Shown one piece after another: positions 1 through 7,525 of a stretch of 19,162 nucleotides of DNA. Positions within the stretch are counted from its first letter, which is position 1; each line of letters starts with the position of its first letter. Below the pieces are notes generated by a model that did not search any database, was not told the DNA's origin, and worked only from the letters and a program-made list of their open reading frames with translations. Source of the DNA: a virus. Taxonomy: Duplodnaviria; Heunggongvirae; Uroviricota; Caudoviricetes. The DNA lies in the IMG/VR virus record IMGVR_UViG_2734482785_000012, positions 1 to 19,162 of that record. The stretch is one strand, 5' to 3'. The position numbers and the translations under genes were made by a program.

Positions 1-429
1 GCAGGGAAAGTTCTTCCTGAGGTATTTGCTTCCGGTAAAAATGCAGAAGTTTGGGCCGCAGGTCTGAAATATGACGCTAACAACATTTACCTGGCCACTA
101 CCTATTCTGAAACCCAGAATATGACTGTATTTGCTGATCACTTCGTTGCTAATAAAGCCCAAAACTTCGAAGCTGTTGCACAATATCAGTTCGATTTCGG
201 TCTGCGTCCGTCCGTTGCTTACCTGCAATCTAAAGGTAAGGATCTTGGAGTATGGGGCGATCAGGACTTAGTCAAATATGTTGATGTAGGTGCAACCTAT
301 TACTTCAACAAAAATATGTCTACTTTCGTTGATTACAAAATCAACCTGCTTGACAAAAATGATTTCACCAGAGGTCTTGGTATAAACACCGACGATATTG
401 TTGCTGTTGGTATGGTTTACCAGTTCTAA
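1..429 (+). CDS. Outer-membrane general porin, OmpC/NmpC family (3' part; 5' end is outside the window)
   Basis: Frame 1 is open from base 1 to the stop at 427-429. Translation carries porin motifs ([59 protein letters not shown]) and ends in the C-terminal Phe typical of general porins (GMVYQF). Convergent with Q, as for phage-borne porins of the nmpC/lc type. Confidence 0.85.
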   Translation, partial: AGKVLPEVFASGKNAEVWAAGLKYDANNIYLATTYSETQNMTVFADHFVANKAQNFEAVAQYQFDFGLRPSVAYLQSKGKDLGVWGDQDLVKYVDVGATYYFNKNMSTFVDYKINLLDKNDFTRGLGINTDDIVAVGMVYQF

Positions 430-481
430 TCTTTTTATTAAAAAGATATGTTGTGAGGAGATATTTATCTCCTCACAACAT
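430..481 (-). terminator. Rho-independent terminator for minus-strand transcripts (tR'-like position downstream of Q)
   Basis: Near-perfect 16-bp inverted repeat atgttgtgaggagata / tatctcctcacaacat (448-481). On the minus strand it is followed by a T-run (reverse complement of 430-447 reads atctttttaataaaaaga). Confidence 0.5.
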
Positions 482-510
482 GTGGGTGACGCCCTCACGT
501 CACTGCATTA

Positions 511-538
511 AGAAAGACATTTTTGTCTTTTCTTTTTT
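511..538 (+). terminator. Possible intrinsic terminator (imperfect hairpin plus T-tract)
   Basis: agaaagaca-ttttt-tgtcttttct followed by ttttt. Stem is imperfect. Confidence 0.35.
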
Positions 539-571
539 AAACCTTCTGTTATTTTTTTACCATAAACTTCC

Positions 572-597
572 GGGGCGTTTTTACGCCCCTCTTTTTA
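572..597 (+). terminator. Rho-independent terminator downstream of the porin gene
   Basis: GC stem ggggcg / cgcccc (572-577 / 584-589) with a T-rich loop, followed by tcttttta. Confidence 0.5.
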
Positions 598-621
598 TTC
601 AACTTTGTTAGCTAACGTTAG

Positions 622-1005
622 TCAATTACACCTGCCAACTTCAGGATCCATCTCAAGGCGCACTCCCAATGCCATCAACATCCCCTCGACTATTCCTTCA
701 GCCTTCTGAAGTCTTTTTCCTATATATCCATCAGAACAATGATGCTTACGGGCCAGCGCCATAAACGTCATACCAGCCACATAATAATCTACCAGCAAAT
801 CATGCAAATCACTGTTGTTCTTTTTCAAGCGAGCCATACACCCACAAATAACCATTGCATCATCATCACTACATTGCGGACGTGATTTAACCTTTGGAGG
901 AATAAGCCCCTTGAATCCGGCGGCAATAGATGGCCAGGTAACATCCTCGTGGTTATTTACCACCCATGCTCCCCAACGCTCAAGAACCATCTGAATATCA
1001 CGCAT
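622..1005 (-). CDS. Lambdoid late-gene antitermination protein Q
   Basis: 127-aa ORF. ATG at 1005..1003 is preceded by GGAGG (reverse complement of 1006-1022). The translation ([24 protein letters not shown]...CGCMARLKK...) matches my recollection of Q-family antiterminators of the phage 21/82 (QuuD-like) type. Position is as expected: last gene of the early-right operon, just upstream of the late region. Confidence 0.8.
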   Translation of the reverse strand: MRDIQMVLERWGAWVVNNHEDVTWPSIAAGFKGLIPPKVKSRPQCSDDDAMVICGCMARLKKNNSDLHDLLVDYYVAGMTFMALARKHHCSDGYIGKRLQKAEGIVEGMLMALGVRLEMDPEVGRCN

Positions 1006-1247
1006 CAGCGCAACACCTCCTGCACCAGCTTTTCAAACTTTCCAACTCTGGTTTCCAGCTCTGCCACACAGTCCACCAGCTCATCCACCGCTTTTTGTGC
1101 GCGATGTTTCACCTGCATCAGTTCCCTGAGCGCTGGAACCACATCCCGACGAATGGCATCTTTTGTTACACCCGTCTTTTCCAGTTGTTCAGCATGACGC
1201 AACATTTCCTGTGCCTGTTTACGTAATTGCTCAGGGGTAAAAGTCAT
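1005..1247 (-). CDS. Hypothetical small phage protein (about 80 aa, predicted helical/coiled-coil)
   Basis: ORF ends with TGA overlapping the Q start (tgATG). First ATG is at 1247..1245, 12 nt after the helicase stop; the track used an upstream TTG at 1262. No strong SD, so likely translationally coupled. Confidence 0.45.
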   Translation of the reverse strand: MTFTPEQLRKQAQEMLRHAEQLEKTGVTKDAIRRDVVPALRELMQVKHRAQKAVDELVDCVAELETRVGKFEKLVQEVLR

Positions 1248-1258
1248 TGTCTGGTTGT

Positions 1259-2650
1259 TCAAAAGAAACGCTCCATCTTACTGCTGTCAGTTCGTTTGTT
1301 GCTGTATCTGCGCGGCTGGGGCTGCTGCATTGGGGTGGAAAGAATCTGTGCGCTTTCCTGATCCACAGGCAGAAAATGTCCGTTATAAAAACGCCGGTAA
1401 ATCGTCCCCAGAGAACCGTTACGTTGTTTCGTGATATTGATTTCTGCGATGCCCCTGGCCTGCGTATCCGGGTTGTACACTTCATCCCTGTAAAGCATCA
1501 GAATGATGTCTGCATCCGCCTCTATTTCTCCGGAATTTTTCAGATCTGAGTTCATAGGTCGTTTATTGGGCCTGGACTCCACACCACGGGAAAGCTGGCT
1601 TAGCGCAATCAACGGAAAACCACCGGATTTTGCCAGGCCTTTAAGCCCCTTTGAGATTTCACCCACGGCAAGGTCATGACGTCCCGTGGTTCGGGTTTTT
1701 ATCAGCCCGAGATAATCAACCACCACCAGCGCCGTTTCCGGATGTTTAATCAGGTGGTGTTTCGTTGTTGCGCATATCTCATCAATCGTCAGGTTCGCCT
1801 GGTCCACCATCCAGATATTGCGCCCGGTCATCCGCCCCACCCCTTGTGAGAAACGTGCCCAGTCTTCGTCTTCAAAGTGAGTGACAGATTTCAGGCGTGA
1901 TACCGGCATTCCTCCAGCCGCAGATACCATGCGTTCACCAATCTGGATGTTCGCCATTTCCATTGTGAACAGAAGAACACCATGCCCCTGCTCAGTTACC
2001 TTGTCGATGATATCCAGCGCCAGTTCGGTTTTGCCCATTGACGGACGAGCCGCAATGAACACCAGGTCGCCGGGTTCCATGCCGCCTGTTTTTGCGTCCA
2101 GTTCATCAATACCGGTCATCAGTGTCCTGGATTTCTCCTGTCCCTGATTCCGGCATTCAACACGCTCAACCACTTCCGGAAGCACATCATCAATATGTAC
2201 CGGCTGAATAGCGCCCTTTTCCGTCGACAATGAAGCCATCATGTTCTGCGCATCCTTCAGGGCATCTTCAGCTGCTTCACAGGTATGCGCATCACGTAAT
2301 TTCTGCAGCGCCTCATTCAGTGTTTTTTCTGCATCACGCAATGCAGCATTGCGCCGCAACGCTGCAACATAGTGCTCCAGTGAAGACTTCACCCAGGTTT
2401 TACGCCCGGTATCAGTAATCACCGGGGCAAGTTCCGGCATCTCATTACACAACAGCACAGGGTCAATCACGCCTGAAACACGGGCCTGTCTGCAGATGCC
2501 TGTGTAGATATCCCGATACGCTCGTACAGAAAAAACGTCTGCCGGCAATGTGGCCAGAATATCCATCACTTCATGATCTGCCCCACGCAGAAAGAACGCG
2601 CCAATGACAGCGCCTTCCAGATCATCGTTACGCCAGACTGGTGTTGTCAT
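1259..2650 (-). CDS. DnaB-family replicative DNA helicase
   Basis: 463-aa ORF with Walker A in the DnaB context (AARPSMGKTELAL), a Walker B-like VVVDYLGL, and a DnaB-like N-terminal domain. Start ATG overlaps the stop of the upstream loader gene (ATGA). Confidence 0.85.
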   Translation of the reverse strand: MTTPVWRNDDLEGAVIGAFFLRGADHEVMDILATLPADVFSVRAYRDIYTGICRQARVSGVIDPVLLCNEMPELAPVITDTGRKTWVKSSLEHYVAALRRNAALRDAEKTLNEALQKLRDAHTCEAAEDALKDAQNMMASLSTEKGAIQPVHIDDVLPEVVERVECRNQGQEKSRTLMTGIDELDAKTGGMEPGDLVFIAARPSMGKTELALDIIDKVTEQGHGVLLFTMEMANIQIGERMVSAAGGMPVSRLKSVTHFEDEDWARFSQGVGRMTGRNIWMVDQANLTIDEICATTKHHLIKHPETALVVVDYLGLIKTRTTGRHDLAVGEISKGLKGLAKSGGFPLIALSQLSRGVESRPNKRPMNSDLKNSGEIEADADIILMLYRDEVYNPDTQARGIAEINITKQRNGSLGTIYRRFYNGHFLPVDQESAQILSTPMQQPQPRRYSNKRTDSSKMERFF

Positions 2651-3525
2651 GCAGCCACACCTCTGATACGAGAACGATAGCTGGGCCAGTTAAACGACAA
2701 CCAGTTGCGTCCCCCGTCTGTGATCCTGTCGGCAATGCGGGGGCTGATGAACGCCCACAACTCTTCCGGTGAAAGGTTGCTGATCAGGATCGTGGGCAAG
2801 ATACTTTCGTACCGGGCATTGATAATTTCCTGCAAAATAGCCATTTCAGCCGCGCTGCCAAACTGAACGCCGACTTCGTCGATGATCAGCAAATCCATTG
2901 ACGCATAATGCTCAATAACTTCATCCGCTGTTTTTTCGCTGTCATTCCGCCAGCAGTTTTTCACAGCACGGGTAAGGCGCATCACATCGGTGATCTCCAC
3001 ACTGGCCAGATAGTTACGGATGATGTGTTTTGCCATTGATACCGCCAGATGATTTTTCCCGGTTCCGCAACTACCAGTCATAACAAGACTGGTACCGTTC
3101 TCCAGCATATCTGGCCAGTTCTCCGCATAGCGGCGACAGGCCGCAAGATTTCTGGCTGCGTCAGGATTAACCTCCAGATAATTATCAAACTCGCAGTCCC
3201 GAAAACGCAGGGCAATTCCGGCGTTATCAGTCAGCTCTTCCGCCTTGATGGACGACAGCCCCATGGTCAAATCGTTGGCCTCAGCGATCAAGCAGTCAGG
3301 GCAGCATGAAATTTTTTCTCTGTCCTCGCCATTGCGATCGCTCCACACCAGTATATGCGTATGGTATTTACCATGTTTTTCGCAATACCCGTGACCTTCA
3401 CGCATCAGGCAGGAACGATAAGTCCATGGCTTTTCGCCCTTCTGAGCAAATGCAATCTCTGCCCGTAACTCATCCATTCGCGCCTGTAGTCTTGTTTGTT
3501 TCTCACGCTGGTTAATCGTCATCAT
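2647..3525 (-). CDS. DnaC/IstB-like AAA+ helicase loader with N-terminal Cys-rich (zinc-ribbon-like) region
   Basis: Walker A MTGSCGTGKNHLA and Walker B LLIIDEVG. N-terminal C-x-n-H and CCPDC motifs. Likely start is ATG at 3525..3523, preceded by GAGGTG overlapping the stop of the O-like gene; the track used GTG at 3534. Confidence 0.8.
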   Translation of the reverse strand: MMTINQREKQTRLQARMDELRAEIAFAQKGEKPWTYRSCLMREGHGYCEKHGKYHTHILVWSDRNGEDREKISCCPDCLIAEANDLTMGLSSIKAEELTDNAGIALRFRDCEFDNYLEVNPDAARNLAACRRYAENWPDMLENGTSLVMTGSCGTGKNHLAVSMAKHIIRNYLASVEITDVMRLTRAVKNCWRNDSEKTADEVIEHYASMDLLIIDEVGVQFGSAAEMAILQEIINARYESILPTILISNLSPEELWAFISPRIADRITDGGRNWLSFNWPSYRSRIRGVAA

Positions 3526-3535
3526 CGCTGTCACC

Positions 3536-4462
3536 TCAGAATGTCAATTTGTCACTGGATTTACCGAATTTGTCAGACATGGCTCCCAGGCCAGCCAGGA
3601 CATCGACCTGTCGCTGTCGCCCACCTCCGGGAGCGGCTGGCTGTTGCCAGAAATCTTCGAAGTGACGATCGGGTCCAAAGAACGTCGCAGCCTGCTTCAC
3701 GAACTGTGTGCCGGTATTTCCTGTAGCACGTACCCAAGCGGCATAACGTCTCACACCATCAAGCATGGTCTCCGGTTTTATTCCCTCCCTGAGACGGGCT
3801 TTCCAGGCTTTGAAGGCTGCCGACTTGGAATTACCACCAGCACGTTTGGGATATTCCTGCCAAGCCTGTTCAAATTCCGGTGAATATTCCTGTCGGGCAG
3901 AGCGCGCTGGTGCAGACGCGTCAGCGGATGCGCCAATATCTTGCGGATCATGTTTTGAATTTACTTGCGGATCATGTTTTAAACCTTGTGGATCTGGGGC
4001 CAGATTCTGAAGGGTCAAAACCGTTTTTTTGCCAGAATCTGAAGGGTCAAACACACCTGAACATTCAGATTCTGACGGGTCAAATTTTGAAGGTTCAGAT
4101 TCTGACGGGTCACGTAATACTGAAAGTCTGCGTTGCTGTTTCAGTTCAGCGACCTTATCCCGCTCCGTTCTGGCAAGCTGCTCAAGCCGATCAGCATTCA
4201 GATGATAAAGATTGGACGTATTACGATTACCTTTGCGACGTGACTGACGCGTCAGCCAGCCATCAGCCTCCAGCTCTGAAATTGCCGTTCTTACTGTGCT
4301 TTCTCCCAACCCAAGCTGTCGGCATATTGTTTCAACACCGGGATAACACACCCCGTCATCATTCGAATAATCAGCCAGACGCGCCATGATCATCAGCTTT
4401 GCACCTTTGACTCCATACGCGGCACATGCATCCCAGACGTTACCGAGAATTTTGCTACTCAC
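3536..4462 (-). CDS. Replication initiator (lambda O-like position) with N-terminal helix-turn-helix and internal repeats
   Basis: 308-aa ORF with GTG start preceded by GGGAGG. N-terminus is HTH-like (GESTVRTAISELEADGWL). The central region has peptide repeats (DPSESEPSKFDPSESECSGVFDPSDSG; KHDPQVNSKHDPQD) encoded by the DNA iterons. Sits immediately upstream of the loader and helicase. Confidence 0.65.
   Translation of the reverse strand: MSSKILGNVWDACAAYGVKGAKLMIMARLADYSNDDGVCYPGVETICRQLGLGESTVRTAISELEADGWLTRQSRRKGNRNTSNLYHLNADRLEQLARTERDKVAELKQQRRLSVLRDPSESEPSKFDPSESECSGVFDPSDSGKKTVLTLQNLAPDPQGLKHDPQVNSKHDPQDIGASADASAPARSARQEYSPEFEQAWQEYPKRAGGNSKSAAFKAWKARLREGIKPETMLDGVRRYAAWVRATGNTGTQFVKQAATFFGPDRHFEDFWQQPAAPGGGRQRQVDVLAGLGAMSDKFGKSSDKLTF
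3941..4113. repeat. Putative phage origin of replication: iterons inside the initiator gene
   Basis: Four copies of cagaWtctgaMgggtca at 4001-4018, 4033-4050, 4066-4083 and 4096-4113 (spacing 30-33 bp), each containing the palindromic tcaga/tctga. Upstream are two copies of ttgcggatcatgtttt (3941-3956, 3965-3980) plus a degenerate third (3986-4001). Confidence 0.6.
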
Positions 4463-4682
4463 ACGGCACCTCCCAGGCGTTTAAACATTTTTCCGGACTG
4501 AAACACCGCCAGAGGGTAACTGATGGTGTAGTTACGCCCCAGTAATTCACACACAACTTTCTGGCTTTCGATACTGACCAGACAAACCCGCAGAACGTGA
4601 CCATTGCTGGTGGTGAACCACTGCCCCACACGGGGCAACGGTTGTATCGGTGATACAGAGAATTCACAACGCGACGAATCAT
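4455..4682 (-). CDS. Hypothetical small protein (75 aa, Trp/Cys-rich)
   Basis: ATG at 4682..4680 preceded by GGAGGTG. Stop overlaps the initiator start by 8 nt. Confidence 0.45.
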   Translation of the reverse strand: MIRRVVNSLYHRYNRCPVWGSGSPPAMVTFCGFVWSVSKARKLCVNYWGVTTPSVTLWRCFSPEKCLNAWEVPCE

Positions 4683-4873
4683 GGACGCACCTCCGCCGTA
4701 GTTACGTATTTAACCGGGCTACCTTTCATTGAGATGGTTTCACACATCTCTGCCGCTTTGCGTTCCGCCGTTTTTCTGGATTTATAGCGGCGGTGCCAGA
4801 CAGATGTATCTGTGCGAACTGATACATCGTTTCTGTATTCCGTTGTGGAAATAATAATTTCGTAACTAATCAT
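4679..4873 (-). CDS. Hypothetical small protein (64 aa)
   Basis: ATG at 4873..4871 preceded by GGGAGG, with near-identical start context to the next gene (tcATGgacgcRcctcc). The track began at an upstream ATG at 4888 that lacks an SD. Confidence 0.4.
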   Translation of the reverse strand: MISYEIIISTTEYRNDVSVRTDTSVWHRRYKSRKTAERKAAEMCETISMKGSPVKYVTTAEVRP

Positions 4874-5232
4874 GGACGCGCCTCCCATTGATTACGGCGG
4901 AAAGCGGTATGACTGAGGCTGTTTTCTGCCTCATGGAATGCTTCAATGCAGCTCTCGTAGTACCGCATTGTGCGCAGACTTAACCCAAGCTGAAGCATCA
5001 TCAGGCCATCAAGGGTGATGTAATAACCACGCAGAGAATCACCATAGATGTGATAAGTGCACGGTATGAAATTGCGGGTAAAAAACTCGCGCGAGCAGTT
5101 CAGATACTCGATTTTGTCGACGATGTTCTGGTGCATGCGCTTAAAGTGGCAGGCAACATGCAGGGAGAAAATAACAGCTTTGCAGTTGACGACTTCGATT
5201 TTGAGGAATGGGGAAGTTGGGACTGTAGCCAT
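4870..5232 (-). CDS. Hypothetical protein (121 aa from the ATG at 5232; the same frame stays open to an ATG at 5532, giving 220 aa)
   Basis: ATG at 5232..5230 is preceded by GGAGG and the codon usage looks coding (TTC, ATC, AAC, GAA). The N-terminal extension 5233-5532 is GC-rich with rare codons, and its start lacks an SD, so the longer model is uncertain. Confidence 0.4.
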   Translation of the reverse strand: MATVPTSPFLKIEVVNCKAVIFSLHVACHFKRMHQNIVDKIEYLNCSREFFTRNFIPCTYHIYGDSLRGYYITLDGLMMLQLGLSLRTMRYYESCIEAFHEAENSLSHTAFRRNQWEARP

Positions 5233-5556
5233 GATGGCAGCCTCCGTATGCAATGGATAACTTCCACCACCGGAGGTTCCAAGCTCGCTGGTGGCGGACT
5301 GAACAGGGTTGGAACGACCGGCGCATACGGAAACCGGCGAGCCTTTCGGCTCCCCTGCCCAGCCCACCATAATTCTGGCGTGCGTGAGCGCGGACGATAA
5401 AAAAGACGCTGGCGCGTCGTATATCGCCGTATGCAATTCCGAGGTTCCAATCCCGGCACCCGCTTTATAAGGTGCGGAGACAGTGTAGCGTCCCGAAATT
5501 GCAGAATCAATATTTAGGCTTGAAACATTCATATGCTTACTGGTATTTTTACTAAC

Positions 5557-5647
5557 GCAAATGTTCTTGGATGTTACTGGCTTACTTCTTTTGTGAAGTT
5601 GCCTTTACTAACGTTGAGCGAGCCGGGTCACTCCCCGGCTTTTTTTC
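5557..5647 (+). ncRNA. Putative short antisense RNA (lambda oop-like arrangement) ending at a plus-strand intrinsic terminator
   Basis: Plus-strand hairpin agccggg-tcactc-cccggct (5621-5640) followed by tttttt (5641-5646); no plus-strand gene ends here. Candidate promoter ttgaaa (5520-5525), 18-bp spacer, tatttt (5544-5549). Predicted RNA of about 90 nt, antisense to the Rha 3' end and the intergenic region. Confidence 0.3.
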
Positions 5648-6395
5648 ACCGCTGCCAACCAATAACCTGAAATAACCCCATTTTCGGGTGATACCAGCGA
5701 GTCCCTCGCGGTTCTACTTCCTCCATAACCCGATAAAAAGCAGCCATAAACGGTTCCACAGCAACAATTGCGCGACGTGACAACAATCCGTCCGGCGTCA
5801 TGAACTCATGTGTGTCTGTAGGAATTTGATAGGCGTTCACCAGATTGCGGCATTTATCATCTGACAAACCGGTTTTCGCTTTCAGTTGGCGATATCCGGC
5901 ATAGCCCTCACGAATGGTGCCCTTTTTGATTTGCTCAACTGTTTCGGCAACGTGGCTGACTTTTTCTTCCACCTGAGTGATCCGTTTCTGCTGACGAACA
6001 GCTTCAAGAGCCATCGCAGCAACCATTTCGATTTCGCTCATTGGTTTACGGATCTGTTCTTCCAGTTCGCGCCAGCGATCTACCAGGCGAGCAGTGAATT
6101 CAGGACAGAGCTGTGCGACGACAATGATGCTGTCGCGCTTACCTTGTTCTCCTTCAAACAGGTAATGCTCATATTGAACTTTAAAACCTAAGTTATTGAT
6201 TCTTTCGGAAACCTCAATTTGAGGAGACCGGACAACGCCACCTTTGGCTAATGTTTCAATAGTGCGTTTCACATTGTCATGACGTTTACCCACCAGCTCT
6301 GCAATTTCAACGCTGGTCATGGATACTTTGCCGTTAAAAATTGCGGTGTTCACTACCATCTCCTTACGGATAAATTCTTTTAAAATTCCGCACAT
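5646..6395 (-). CDS. Phage regulatory protein, Rha family (N-terminal Rha domain plus C-terminal domain of unknown function)
   Basis: Translation contains the Rha-type motif VEIAELVGKRHDNVKRTIETL. True start may be an internal GTG or ATG near 6353-6359, which is preceded by AAGGAG; the ATG at 6395 lacks an SD. Confidence 0.65.
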   Translation of the reverse strand: MCGILKEFIRKEMVVNTAIFNGKVSMTSVEIAELVGKRHDNVKRTIETLAKGGVVRSPQIEVSERINNLGFKVQYEHYLFEGEQGKRDSIIVVAQLCPEFTARLVDRWRELEEQIRKPMSEIEMVAAMALEAVRQQKRITQVEEKVSHVAETVEQIKKGTIREGYAGYRQLKAKTGLSDDKCRNLVNAYQIPTDTHEFMTPDGLLSRRAIVAVEPFMAAFYRVMEEVEPRGTRWYHPKMGLFQVIGWQR

Positions 6396-6472
6396 TCGTA
6401 CTTGTTGGTGTCGAACCTTTCTTCAGTTATCCTTTTGATCCCTATAAACAAAAGAACCAAAGGAGGTTCGAC

Positions 6473-6940
6473 ATGACTTTAAAATCAGTTCACAAGCTGC
6501 TAAAAGAGCATCTTTATACTCTGTATTCGGTTTTGCCTGCGTCCACGAAAGCAATTGAACTTCGAAATCGAACTAGTTGTCGCGCTATTGCTTTAACTTT
6601 TCTTTACCAAGCAATCATGGATTACAAACGCAACCATGCACTGCTAGGCTTATCTTCCCGAGAAACAATCATTCACATGCTTTACGAGGATGCAAAACTT
6701 ACAATTACTGACTTGGAACAAATTCAGCTTTCGCTTGTACTGAAAATTCTTGCTCCCCGTTTTGCGCGAATAGAAGCCAGTGTTTCTCCCGATTTTTCTG
6801 CAATGGTTCAAGACATGACTCAATGGCTTGAAGACAACTCCGAATGGATTTCGAGGTCTCATGAAGCAACTTCAGATCTTCCTGAATTAAAATGGTCAGA
6901 TCTTCCGAACGAGTTGTTTCCACTAACTCTAGGTAAGTAA
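6473..6940 (+). CDS. Hypothetical protein (155 aa)
   Basis: ATG at 6473 preceded by a near-perfect SD, AAAGGAGGT, 7 nt upstream. On the opposite strand to the surrounding early-right operon. Its 3' 236 bp overlap the convergent ORF 6705..7124. Confidence 0.5.
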   Translation: MTLKSVHKLLKEHLYTLYSVLPASTKAIELRNRTSCRAIALTFLYQAIMDYKRNHALLGLSSRETIIHMLYEDAKLTITDLEQIQLSLVLKILAPRFARIEASVSPDFSAMVQDMTQWLEDNSEWISRSHEATSDLPELKWSDLPNELFPLTLGK

Positions 6941-7124
6941 TTTTTTTCGACATATCGTCAAGTACATCTCGTAAACCGTCAGCTAAGGAAGGCAGACGGT
7001 TTACGGCATACCGTAAAGGTCCACCAGAATCCATCTCTTCAGCCGCTTCCGCTAACTCCTTGAGGTAAAGATTTATTTGACGATCAGTCATTCCAGTCGC
7101 ACTAATTTTGATTTTGTTATCCAT
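6705..7124 (-). CDS. Hypothetical protein (139 aa) immediately downstream of cro (cII/YdaT position)
   Basis: ATG at 7124..7122 preceded by GGGAGG. C-terminal part overlaps the plus-strand ORF 6473..6940, so the true 3' end is uncertain. Confidence 0.45.
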   Translation of the reverse strand: MDNKIKISATGMTDRQINLYLKELAEAAEEMDSGGPLRYAVNRLPSLADGLRDVLDDMSKKITYLELVETTRSEDLTILIQEDLKLLHETSKSIRSCLQAIESCLEPLQKNREKHWLLFAQNGEQEFSVQAKAEFVPSQ

Positions 7125-7160
7125 ATTTCCTCCCGCAACCTGCTAAAACAAATCCGTTCA

Positions 7161-7406
7161 TCACTTCTCATCCTCTATATGCGCTAAGCTTGGGTGTGGG
7201 AAAAGTTCTGGTAGATCTGGACGAAATTCATACGCCTGGATCTTTCCGTCGACAGCTGCAACCAATAACGGCACAAATTCGGGTGAAATTTTGTTCTTGC
7301 AGTTAAGCCAATCACAGACTGTTGATTGAGCCTTTCCGCATCGCTTGGCTAAGGCTTGTTGGCTCCCAAGAATCTCAATGGCTTTCTCTATAGCTTTATG
7401 TTTCAT
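7161..7406 (-). CDS. Cro-like HTH regulator (YdaS/Cro family)
   Basis: 81-aa product from the ATG at 7406..7404, preceded by AGGAG. HTH segment LGSQQALAKRCGKAQSTVCDWLN. Divergent from the CI-like gene. The track's longer model starts at 7478. Confidence 0.65.
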   Translation of the reverse strand: MKHKAIEKAIEILGSQQALAKRCGKAQSTVCDWLNCKNKISPEFVPLLVAAVDGKIQAYEFRPDLPELFPHPSLAHIEDEK

Positions 7407-7525
7407 AATCGCATCTCCTATTGACGACATAATATCAATAGGTAATTCGATATTCAACGTTAAACCTAGAAGTTTCATCGGAAAGCCGATAAACTGCCCA
7501 ATATAGAGAGGAGAGGAAGATCACA
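7407..7525. promoter_or_regulatory. Divergent immunity-region promoter/operator (OR-like) between the cro-like and CI-like genes
   Basis: Palindrome cctattga-N10-tcaatagg at 7417-7442. Candidate minus-strand PR: -35 ttgaat (7457..7452), 17-bp spacer, -10 tattat (7434..7429), overlapped by the palindrome. Second palindrome atcgg-aaag-ccgat near 7477-7490. The motif AATAGGTAA recurs at the promoter at 8287-8315. Confidence 0.5.

Noticed and set aside
268-498. Minus-strand ORF 268..498 overlapping the porin 3' end
   Set aside because: Antisense to a strongly supported porin frame and runs through the terminator hairpin.
3941-4113. Regularly spaced direct repeats that could be taken for a small CRISPR array
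   Set aside because: Only four copies of an 18-bp unit with a second repeat family alongside, all inside an intact reading frame of a replication initiator. No leader and no cas genes. Iterons of a phage origin are the better explanation.
949-4389. Plus-strand ORFs inside the replication and Q genes (949..1197, 966..1226, 1247..1549, 1881..2147, 2230..2418, 3049..3309, 3306..3515, 3496..3726, 3644..3883, 3765..4010, 3880..4389)
   Set aside because: All are antisense shadows of long minus-strand genes with clear motifs. None has a convincing start context, and several are simply the repeat region read in another frame.
5050-5400. Plus-strand ORFs 5050..5400 and 5057..5260 as genes
   Set aside because: No ribosome-binding site, rare codons (AGG, CGG, CGA, GGA), and they lie antisense to a minus-strand ORF with a good SD and better codon usage. 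If anything is expressed on the plus strand here, a short RNA is more likely.
7437-7525. A confident PRM-type promoter for the CI-like gene
   Set aside because: Only weak -10 candidates (caatat, tataga) without a matching -35 at proper spacing, so I report the region only as operator/promoter-containing.
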